Shown piece after piece: positions 48,366 to 57,983 of a stretch of 64,000 bases of DNA (position 1 is the stretch's first letter; each line of letters opens with the position of its first letter). The notes beneath the pieces are model-generated. The model made no database searches and was not told the origin of the DNA. It saw only the letters and a program-made list of their open reading frames with translations. The translations under genes and the position numbers were made by a program. The stretch spans positions 224,001 through 288,000 of the forward strand of contig CM000208.1 of assembly GCA_000002445.1 (NCBI GenBank), read 5' to 3'. The DNA comes from Trypanosoma brucei (Eukaryota).

Positions 48366-48848
48366 ATGAAAGCCCGTTCCTCCCGCCCAGTGACAACAAT
48401 AACGGTGACATCAGAAGAAACCATTCAAACGCACAATGCACGTGATACCCCACGGACATTTGAGTACAAAACCAAAAGGAATGAACTCATGCGAAGGTTG
48501 GAGGAAATGCGAAATGCGTTGGAAGAAGATAATAATAATAATAATAAAGGATCACGTGTGAAACTTTGTTATTATGATATTACATTTAATTGCAGGGATC
48601 CCGTCGATGTTACTGTTATGAGTGGCTTTCAGAGATTTGAGGGACTCGGGGACACATTAAGCGGACACATGAAATGCGAAGAAGATGACAGGCACAAATT
48701 TGTGGGGTTAATTAAAGAAATTATTCAATTGGATGTGAGTCACCGCGCGAGGAATATGGACAAAAGTGAAATTGCGGTAGTGAGGATTGCAGCAAACTTC
48801 AAGGAACTTAACAGCACCTTCACGAGAAGCGCGGCAACACTCCTTTGA
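48366..48848 (+). CDS. Small hypothetical protein (160 aa); last candidate gene of the plus-strand unit
   Basis: ATG at 48366. It contains an (AAT)n-encoded poly-Asn run. No recognisable domain. Confidence 0.4.
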   Translation: MKARSSRPVTTITVTSEETIQTHNARDTPRTFEYKTKRNELMRRLEEMRNALEEDNNNNNKGSRVKLCYYDITFNCRDPVDVTVMSGFQRFEGLGDTLSGHMKCEEDDRHKFVGLIKEIIQLDVSHRARNMDKSEIAVVRIAANFKELNSTFTRSAATLL

Positions 48849-51800
48849 GTACAGCTGTTGTTTGCCTGCTTGTTTATTTTGTTGTTGTTGTTTTCTTTTT
48901 TCATTTTCCACCTTCAACATTACCAACTCCAATCCTCCACCCGTGTCGTTGCCGCAACCCCTTCAGCATTCAAAATAAAAAAAAAGAAACATATATAAGC
49001 GTGCGTGTGTGTCTGAGTAATTGGATATTGTATTTTTGACATCCGTTCTATTCAAAAAAGGAACCTGACAAAACAAGCGCATACCGTTTTCCTGCATAAT
49101 TTTTTTTTCTATTTATGTACTCATACATGCGCTTACTAACACTAAGCGAGATGAAAGATATCATATCATGTGATGCGGTGCAAGTTTTGGCATTTTTTTT
49201 TTAATTTTTTACTTGCACTTCAATAACAGGACGATAAACGGAAGTGAGGTACGTCAAGACAAGCCAAGTGTGTCGAAGAAATTTATCAGCAGAAGTCGTT
49301 TCGGCATGCATTTACGCATATTTTTATGTTTATGCATATAATATAAAAGCATATTCATATACTCATTGGTTTATTATGAGCGTGGTGTAATGGTGAATGT
49401 CATTCAAACATTTACACTATACACTTCTTTTACGTTTCATTGGTGCACTAACATTAAAAGTGGGAGTGCCCAGATGAAAGATATTTGGCTGAATATTTAT
49501 ACCGCCACGTAGCGCATAAATAAACAGACATATATTTTTATAAATACAAATTTATCGACGCAATGCAACCGGAGCACCACGGTGGCCCCTACGAGTTATA
49601 TGCCCACTTCTCCTCAAAGAAAAAATATTTTATCTTTTTTTTCATTTTATTTTCCTTTTTACACCTGTGCTGGGAAACTAAACGTATGTCCCGTAGTTTT
49701 TTTTTTATGTACGTGTAGGGGAGGACGGTGGGGAAATGGTCGACGTTGGACGCTTCGAATGGGAGCTCAACCATAACACTATTTTTAGCGTGTGCTTTTT
49801 TTTCTTTTTTAGTTCCTTCTACTGTTCGCGGTGCAAAACAAAAGAACAAATCGCGTACCGTCATATCGCTCGTTTTTTTATTATTATTTACTATTTCCCC
49901 CCCCCCCTCCCTTTGTGGCGTTTCGTTGTCCCCAATTGCTTTTTCTTTCCTTTCCTTCATGTTTGTCCATTTACTGACTGTCAGGATCGAAGAACAATTG
50001 AATAATGGTAATAACAAAGGGCAACTGCACACTTCGCCGTCTAATATGAGGAACGGGATTTTTGAATTGTGATGCCTTCAAGTTCCCTCAAGTCCCAAAA
50101 AATATATATATAGTGTTTCTTTTTGTCCCCTTTACTTCAGCGGTCATGCAAAATCAGCTCCTTCATTTGTTACGGTGCTGAAATTTACTTGAAGTTGTCG
50201 TATTTTAGGGAACCCATGCATGAACACTAACAACAATATTAGTGAAACAATTGCTTAACATATGTGTCTCTGCTGTGATTTCCTTCTTGTGAATTACCTA
50301 ACGGTGTTCAAAAAGTCATTTCGTTGATGCAATTTGTTTCCCCTCCCTTGTTTTGTGGTGACGTACTTTTGACACCGCTGTTGTTTTGCTGGGTCTGATG
50401 GAAGGTTCGGGGACGCAGAAACGGAAAAAGCGAAGGGGAGACATACACTTCTTTTATAATAATAATAATGAGGCTGACTTCCCTATCCTTTTGGCCTCCA
50501 TTAAATTCCTTTTCTTTCCGCCTTGAGCTGCTAGAGCTTTTCCCCAAACTGTATAAACTGCAGAGGGCCACTTAGAAGCCGTGCCGTAGCGAGAGGTTCC
50601 GAATTGACAAAAAGAAGAGCGCGTCAGTCCTCCCTCACAGGTTAACCGCTTTCTAAATAGTTGGAAATTACACAAATATCAACACAGTCCCGCTCACTTA
50701 TTCGCAAGCCGACTTTCGCGTCACAACATTGCGGCCCTCATAAGAAAGCCCTCGCTGTCATCCATTGGAAACCCGTCTCGGTTGACTTCAATAATGTATG
50801 AAACAGGAAGAGTAGCCACCGGGGGAAAGAGGCAGAGAGAGGAACGCCGACGCGTTCCGCTATTCTGGGTGTCAGTTCCATCATGCGTTATCATGGTCTC
50901 GCTTCGGTGCGACTTCTTGAACATTCCAGTAGGGGGCTGTGACAGCGACTTGGCTTTACGGGATTGTTGTTCTGCAGCGCTTCTGGGTTCATTTATTCCT
51001 TCAGCTTTCGCACTTGGGGCCATTCGAGGAAATCGGCGAAGGGTTTCTGGCACCTCAGTCTCATTTAAGTGTGGTTTTCTCCCCCCCCCCCCCAATTTCC
51101 TTGCCGAGTGCCCATCGCAGGTGCCCTGTCAACCCAGCATTCCCGAGAAGGTACTTGGGAAACACCGAATAAGTGCGGCTCCCCGCCCCTCTTTTCTTTC
51201 GTTGCTTCGGTGTGGCCCCAGTGTTTTCTGTCGCCCAAAACCACATTCACCATGTCTGCCCACGTTACTGCGAAAGCAGGGCCCTTAAGAGGCAGCCCTC
51301 AATGCATAGGATGCCGTTCAACTCTTTTCCCAACCTCTCCATTGATGCGATGACGCGTGGTGCGGTGCCTTGTACGAATCCCTGTCACCTCGGCGGCGAT
51401 CCCGCGCTCCCCGACGGCAAGTTTCTTCGCCAAAAAAGCGCCGTTCTCCCAGGGAGGAAAATACCCAAACATTCTTTCACGAGCGGATGTACCCTAAACC
51501 GATCCCCACTTACAGGCGAAAAGCCCGTTGTTTACCATTCCCCCCTTTGTTCTCTCCCTCTCTTTGCCCCATTTACTCCACGCACTCCCCACACGTTTCA
51601 AAAACTTCGCGATCCCCGTGCACGACGTCCAATTTCTCTTTCCCTCCTCATTTCCTCTAACCCTCACAATCTTCAACCTCACCAGCTCCACCATATCCTT
51701 AAACCCCCTCGCCTTCTCTGTTGCGTCTTTGGCTTTTGCTTGAACGAAGGCATACACCAATTTCAATCTCCCTGATATATTACAAAGCCCCCACAGGGCC

Positions 51801-54258
51801 CACTTATCTTGAGTTCACCATTATCCGCAGACGTAAATCTACGAAAGGCAAACAGGACGCAACCAAAGTAATGACTTCTTTTGCGGGCATTCTATGTGTA
51901 GTTTCGGAGGTGAAGGGGAAAGCACACCGAAGTGAAAACTTAGCACCGCAGAAGCACTCCCCGACTAGGCTTAAATACGTTAACATGAGAATATAAGATA
52001 ACATAAGTGAAGCAACGAAAAGAACATAAAAGACTAATATACCAGAAAACACCGCCAACCCCAGCGTAGAGCCTCATCCCGAAAAAAACGAGAGTAAAGA
52101 TCGTTATTTCTGATATCGGGGTAAAGATGGCAACTCGCACACGGAGGATCAGCTTAAAGTACATCTTCTAATTGCGCACCGCTGAAAAGACAAATAATTA
52201 CTTGCGTTAAGTGTCAACTAGATCCCCTCGACCCACAGAGGAAATATCCACCGAAACCAAAGACTACATTTCACTGTGAACAACGAAACACGGGCGGTGC
52301 CTCGGATGGCAAAAAGGTTGTCCCTTTTGAGGATGGCTCATTAAAACATGGTGGGCTTTTGGCGCCCTCAAGGGAGACATCCATAACAATTAGGGGAAGC
52401 TGACTACCAACATTCTACATTTATCAAAGCCTACAAACGACCCCCTCCAACATGGGTGCCGGCAGCTCGTCTGCGTCTATTCGTGGTGGAGCGTCCGTTG
52501 TTGAGGAATCGAAAACAGAAGGAACTCCAGAAAGCATGGTAACTCCGCTTGGGCTTTCGGATGAGGAGCAGCCCAAGGTCACATCAACCTACTTCCCCAC
52601 CCTCAAATATAAAACGGCTCTAATGGAGTCATGGAAAAGCCGGAACCGTTGCGCAGAAGAAGGATGTTAAGTTGATAACTGGTGAATGTATGGAACAGGT
52701 ATTTTCAGTTGCCAACAGAAGAGCCCTAATACGATAAAGATCAGTTAAAGGAGAGTTCCCCCCGTCTTATGTGATCTGCTTTAAACACTCTGAGATAACA
52801 ATATGGAAAGCTTTGAGGAACTCTGGAAGCAGTTGCAGTTGGATCCCTTGCGATGCAACACTTGGGAATGACAGGGAGATTTGTACGTTGAAAGCCTTAG
52901 AGGCTATCGTATTCGTGGAGGGTGGTCGTTTGACCGACATTTGGGAGGCGGAGCGCGACAGAGTACCGTGCCACACGTGAGAAAGTTGTTGAAGAGAGGA
53001 GAATATCTCAATGATACCATTGCACATTTTATTTGCCAAATTGCGGCTCAAGCAGTTACTAGGAGGAAGGGGTGCGGAGCCGCGGCGCCCGGAAGAATCA
53101 TGAGGCGCATAAACATCAAGGGGGTGGACCTCATTGTACTAATGAAGAAGGTGTCGAATGAAACAGTTGTGCGGGAATGAGGATATGGGGCTTCAAAACC
53201 ATTCATCATCAGGGGGGGGGAATGTTGGAGGCTGCTAAAGTTGGTATTCGTGCCGTATCTGTTAACCACTTGGAATCTGGTTGTTAGTGGTTACCGCCTT
53301 CCAAAGAGGCAGCCGATGCATACAAGGGCGGGCACATATGCACAGCCCTCTCGCAAAGATACACTCAACACATTCACTCACACATACTTAAACGGACCCG
53401 CAGAATGTCAAGTGCTTTACTCTTTTTGAGCAACCGACTCCGAAAACTTGCCCCTTCGGATAAAAAAAGTGAGTGTTTGTGATGAATAAATACGGAAACA
53501 CTTCCTATCATATGTGGGACACTGAGGTACACGAAACATACGGTGACGGAAAAGGGGGATTCAAAACCCTCAATCATGACACGACTTTACTAAATCCTTC
53601 TATTTCTATCTGTTTCAAGCACTTGGTCATAACTGGAACACTCAGTTCCTCCTTCTGTTGCAGCAATAAAAGAATAGACTTTTGTATACTCCTCTCAGTC
53701 AATCCCTTGTCTCTTTCAATATGCATCAAAACTGTCTCATGAAGGAGTTCCATAACCTCGTCCCGCAATTTGTCAGCGCGTTGAATAAACACGCTTGCAA
53801 TTATATCTTGTAGTTCTCGCAGTTCCGGAAGCCACGGCGTGGTGGAGTGGGCACAACCACAAATAACTAAAAAACTAAGACCCCCTCTAGTGAGATTCAA
53901 CAAAGACAAAAGGTAAAACACGCAAAAAGTCAGTAGTCTACACGGAAAAAAGGAATATTTCAAAACATCCACCAACAAATTACCGCCCCCTCCCTCCCCC
54001 CCCAAAAAAAAGGGGGATCGCAAAAAGAAACTACATTCAAGGACACCAAAAGCACTCGCCGTTGCAAAACATTACTATAGTCACCAGCATGCGCCAGCTG
54101 GGATCCACTACTTTTCCGATTGAAAAAAAAATACTACGAGATCAAAAATAGAAAGCATACTAATCACTGAAGGGAACGACCCTGTCTTATACCACAGGTA
54201 CAGAAGGAAATATATACTCGTCTTCAATGCAATACACATAAATTCGAACAGACTCCGG
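48849..54258. other. Convergent strand-switch region (probable RNA pol II termination zone) between the plus- and minus-strand units. About 5.4 kb with no convincing CDS.
   Basis: Coding strand polarity flips from + (genes to 48848) to - (CBP1 stop at 54259). Only short, compositionally odd ORFs lie in between. There are AT-rich blocks (49050-49560) and homopolymer runs: C12 at 51083-51094, C11 at ~49896, G9 at ~53212, C-rich at 53984-54003. No tRNA cloverleaf was found by eye. Confidence 0.6.
52452..52670 (+). CDS. Speculative 72-aa ORF with an N-myristoylation consensus (MGAGSS...)
   Basis: ATG in a 'ccaacATGG' context. The translation is 'MGAGSSSASIRGGASVVEESKTEGTPESMVTPLGLSDEEQPKVTSTYFPTLKYKTALMESWKSRNRCAEEGC' (Gly2, Ser6). 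It is an isolated short ORF inside the strand-switch region, so it could be chance. Confidence 0.2.
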   Translation: MGAGSSSASIRGGASVVEESKTEGTPESMVTPLGLSDEEQPKVTSTYFPTLKYKTALMESWKSRNRCAEEGC

Positions 54259-55653
54259 TTACGAGAGTGGTTCGTTCCTCATGAATTTCTCAATTATAGT
54301 GGATGCCGCAGCAGGTTGATCCATCGGCACCATGTGACCCGCACCGTACACCTGCACAAAACTGAAGTGCATTGACGATGTGTTTGATGATACGCTACGT
54401 ACAAGACCCGCAGCACTACCATCAATAGATGAGAATGGGGTACCAGGGGCCTTCACAAACTCTTCACTTCCAGACCACTGAAGTGCAAGTGTCCACTCCT
54501 TATTTCCAATCCAGTTGCAGATAAAGTCCATATCACCGGCATAAATCATTACTCGAACTCCATCTTCGAGGAGTCCACTAATTGTGTAGTTAAAGTTCTT
54601 AAACCAGTCAACGGCAAACATCAGGTTCACCTCCATGTTACAAGCTTGCCAAGTCATTGGATCTACACCCAGAGACCTCTGAACATCCTCACGGTTCATA
54701 AAGTTGTCAACTCCCGTTGTGTTGTAACATAATGGCCCATCACATGTTTTGCGGATATCATAAACGTTCAGGCCTGTAGCTGAAAACAGAGCTACCATCG
54801 GACCACAAGTCACACGGGAAAGCTTGCACGACGAGTCCGCGGATGATGAATTATCAGCGTCACAAGCAGAAATAGTACTTTGACAAGCGGGCACCATCGC
54901 CGACATCATCACATGAACAAAGGAAGATACACACGGACTTCCAAGAACTTCCTTGCACCAGTCCCATGCAAGTCTGGGATATGACGCATATTGTGTATAC
55001 GGATCTGTTAAACCGTTTCCTACAGCCAATCCTGCAAGAGGAATGTATATGCCTTCACCCTTTTTATTGCCTTGGTTAATGCGGTAAGCTGTAGCCGGAG
55101 CAAAGTGGCCACCGTAGCTTTCCCCAACAACAAAGAAGTCGTTTTCACGCAGGTCCTCGTGCTCACCAAAGAAGGCCTGTAGAAAGTTGTACATGTCCTC
55201 CGACACCTCCGCTTCATTCTTATCATAATCCGCTTTATCCGCATACGAAAAGCCCACACCGGCAGGTTGATCGATATATATTACATACGCGTGGTTGTTC
55301 CACGAGTACGTATTGTTGTATATGTCACCAGTCGTTTCGTTCATGAGGCAAGGTCCATTCTCTGCAAGTAGCGCAAACATGGAACTACATCCAGGACCGC
55401 CTGTCATCCACAGGAGCACTGGGGCATTGGGATTGCCATCACGTGGTCCAAATGCCCAGTAGAAGTAATGTTTGTCACTCTGCTCTCCAGGAATATCAAA
55501 ATATCCGCTCCATTGATTAACGCCGGGGTCACAAGGCTCCCAACCAGAGCCCGTCGTGCGAAGCGTCGGACGGCGGATAGCCTGAAGGGCGCTTGCACTC
55601 TGCAATAAGAGTAGCAACGAGATAAGAAAAAGCGACGTGTGGCACAGCATCAT
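54259..55653 (-). CDS. CBP1: Serine carboxypeptidase (S10 family; CBP1 / serine carboxypeptidase III), array copy 1
   Basis: 464 aa with an ATG start. Signal peptide 'MMLCHTSLFLISLLLLLQSASA'. Catalytic serine motif 'VVGESYGGHFAPA'. 'WMTGGPGCSS' is conserved. Confidence 0.9.
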   Translation of the reverse strand: MMLCHTSLFLISLLLLLQSASALQAIRRPTLRTTGSGWEPCDPGVNQWSGYFDIPGEQSDKHYFYWAFGPRDGNPNAPVLLWMTGGPGCSSMFALLAENGPCLMNETTGDIYNNTYSWNNHAYVIYIDQPAGVGFSYADKADYDKNEAEVSEDMYNFLQAFFGEHEDLRENDFFVVGESYGGHFAPATAYRINQGNKKGEGIYIPLAGLAVGNGLTDPYTQYASYPRLAWDWCKEVLGSPCVSSFVHVMMSAMVPACQSTISACDADNSSSADSSCKLSRVTCGPMVALFSATGLNVYDIRKTCDGPLCYNTTGVDNFMNREDVQRSLGVDPMTWQACNMEVNLMFAVDWFKNFNYTISGLLEDGVRVMIYAGDMDFICNWIGNKEWTLALQWSGSEEFVKAPGTPFSSIDGSAAGLVRSVSSNTSSMHFSFVQVYGAGHMVPMDQPAAASTIIEKFMRNEPLS

Positions 55654-55974
55654 TTGTATGGGAACTTACTTCTACACAGATGATCGAAAGAAACAAATCA
55701 CAATCGGAGAGGAACGGGAGGCAACGGAATGCCGAATTTGGAAACCATGAGAGAGCACCCAACATAGTCACGAAGTTGCAGTATGCTGACCAACGTCCAA
55801 AAAAACATCCGTACAAAGCATGTCGGAAGCAAAGCATTGAGAAACAGCAAAATATTTAAAGTCTTTAAAAGAATAAAAAACACTCGCAGCCACATACCGT
55901 CATAAGTCAGGGCTTTTTAAAAGCAGTAAAGGAATCAATTCAATGCAATACACATAAATTCGAACAGACTCCGG

Positions 55975-57369
55975 TTACGAGAGTGGTTCGTTCCTCATGA
56001 ATTTCTCAATTATAGTGGATGCCGCAGCAGGTTGATCCATCGGCACCATGTGACCCGCACGGTACACCTGCACAAAACTGAAGTGCATTGACGATGTGTT
56101 TGATGATACACTACGTACAAGACCCGCAGCACTACCATCAATAGATGAGAATGGGGTATCAGGGGCCTTCACAAACTCTTCACTTCCAGACCACTGAAGT
56201 GCAAGTGTCCACTCCTTATTTCCAATCCAGTTGCAGATAAAGTCCATATCACCGGCATAAATCATTACTCGAACTCCATCTTCGAGGAGTCCACTAATTG
56301 TGTAGTTAAAGTTCTTAAACCAGTCAATGTCAAACATCAGGTTCACCTCCATGTTACAAGCTTGCCAAGTCATTGGATCTACACCCAGAGACCTCTGAAC
56401 ATCCTCACGGTTCATAAAGTTGTCAATTCCCGTTGTGTTGTAACATAATGGCCCATCACATGTTTTGCGGATATCATAAACGTTTATACCTGTAAGCAAA
56501 AAATCAGATACAAAGCCGCTACAAGCAGCACCAGCCATCTCACAGTAAGAATCCGCGGATGATGAATTATCAGCGTCACAAGCAGAAATATTACTCTGAC
56601 AAGCGGGCACCATACTGTTCATGGAGTCATATGTCTCGCGGGATATACATGAATAGCCGAGAACTTCCTTGCACCAGTCCCATGCAAGTCTGGGATATGA
56701 CGCATATTGTGTATACGGATCTGTTAAACCGTTTCCTACAGCCAATCCTGCAAGAGGAATGTATATGCCTTCACCCTTTTTATTGCCTTGGTTAATGCGG
56801 TAAGCTGTAGCCGGAGCAAAGTGGCCACCGTAGCTTTCCCCAACAACAAAGAAGTCGTTTTCACGCAGGTCCTCGTGCTCACCAAAGAAGGCCTGTAGAA
56901 AGTTGTACATGTCCTCCGATACCTCCGCTTCATTCTTATCATAATCCGCTTTATCCGCATACGAAAAGCCCACACCGGCAGGTTGATCGATATATATTAC
57001 ATACGCGTGGTTGTTCCACGAGTACGTATTGTTGTATATGTCACCAGTCGTTTCGTTCATAAGGCAAGGTCCATTCTCTGCAAGTAGCGCAAACATGGAA
57101 CTACATCCAGGACCACCTGTCATCCACAGGAGCACTGGGGCATTGGGATTGCCATCACGTGGTCCAAATGCCCAGTAGAAGTAATGTTTGTCACTCTGCT
57201 CTCCAGGAATATCAAAATATCCGCTCCATTGATTAACGCCGGGGTCACAAGGCTCCCAACCAGAGCCCGTCGTGCGAAGCGTCGGACGGCGGATAGCCTG
57301 AAGGGCGCTTGCACTCTGCAATAAGAGTAGCAACGAGATAAGAAAAAGCGACGTGTGGCACAGCATCAT
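55975..57369 (-). CDS. CBP1: Serine carboxypeptidase (S10; CBP1), array copy 2
   Basis: 464 aa. The N-terminal ~235 aa and C-terminal ~100 aa are identical to copy 1; the central segment is divergent. The 'GESYGG' motif is present. Confidence 0.9.
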   Translation of the reverse strand: MMLCHTSLFLISLLLLLQSASALQAIRRPTLRTTGSGWEPCDPGVNQWSGYFDIPGEQSDKHYFYWAFGPRDGNPNAPVLLWMTGGPGCSSMFALLAENGPCLMNETTGDIYNNTYSWNNHAYVIYIDQPAGVGFSYADKADYDKNEAEVSEDMYNFLQAFFGEHEDLRENDFFVVGESYGGHFAPATAYRINQGNKKGEGIYIPLAGLAVGNGLTDPYTQYASYPRLAWDWCKEVLGYSCISRETYDSMNSMVPACQSNISACDADNSSSADSYCEMAGAACSGFVSDFLLTGINVYDIRKTCDGPLCYNTTGIDNFMNREDVQRSLGVDPMTWQACNMEVNLMFDIDWFKNFNYTISGLLEDGVRVMIYAGDMDFICNWIGNKEWTLALQWSGSEEFVKAPDTPFSSIDGSAAGLVRSVSSNTSSMHFSFVQVYRAGHMVPMDQPAAASTIIEKFMRNEPLS

Positions 57370-57983
57370 TTGTATGGGAACTTACTTCTACACAGATGAT
57401 CGAAAGAAACAAATCACAATCGGAGAGGAACGGGAGGCAACGGAATGCCGAATTTGGAAACCATGAGAGAGCACCCAACATAGTCACGAAGTTGCAGTAT
57501 GCTGACCAAACAAGGAATTATCTATTATTTGAGGAGGAGGAGAAACATTAAACGCCAGCGAGCTACGTTAATGCGGCCATTGAAATTGAGAAACTCATCA
57601 TTTCTGGCAGCAGCAGAAGTGAGGTACCAGAAAGTAGAACATTCCCCCTCTATTGTGCAGTGGCATATGCATTCAATTGTAACACAGGCATTGGACCCGC
57701 AAATATGCCACTTCATAGAAGTGCATAGCAAGTCTATACGGCAGTAAAGACACAATGTAAAACATAAAGTCCAGAACCGGTAAGGGCATCCAAGAGACAC
57801 AAGGTCCACAAAAACATCCGTACAAAGCATGTCGGAAGCAAATCATTGAGAAACAGCAAAATATTTAAAGTCTTTAAAAGAATAAAAAACACTCGCAGCC
57901 ACATACCGTCATAAGTCAGGGCTTTTTAAAAGCAGTAAAGGAATCAATTCAATGCAATACACATAAATTCGAACGGACTCCGG

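Noticed and set aside
49370-49420. tRNA-like string 'gcgtggtgtaatggtgaatgtc' (D-loop-like 'GTGTAATGGT')
   Set aside because: I could not find an acceptor stem or a T-arm (GGTTCGAATCC-like) at the right spacing. The surrounding sequence is AT-rich and does not fold into a cloverleaf by eye.
51173-51775. 200-aa Pro-rich ORF, plus overlapping ORFs 50721..51288 in the strand-switch region
   Set aside because: The translation is proline/arginine-rich and low in complexity with no coherent hydrophobic core pattern. It is probably non-coding GC-rich DNA, though a degraded pseudogene cannot be excluded without a search.
53550-53575. 'gggggattcaaaaccctc', a T-loop-like stem-loop
   Set aside because: The loop is 8 nt and non-canonical, and there is no upstream A-box, anticodon arm or acceptor stem.
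53574-54023. 149-aa minus-strand ORF immediately downstream of CBP1 copy 1
   Set aside because: The N-terminal half is encoded by a G/C homopolymer-rich tract ('GGEGGGGNLL'). Only the last ~60 aa look protein-like. I kept it only as a possibility and did not annotate it as a CDS.
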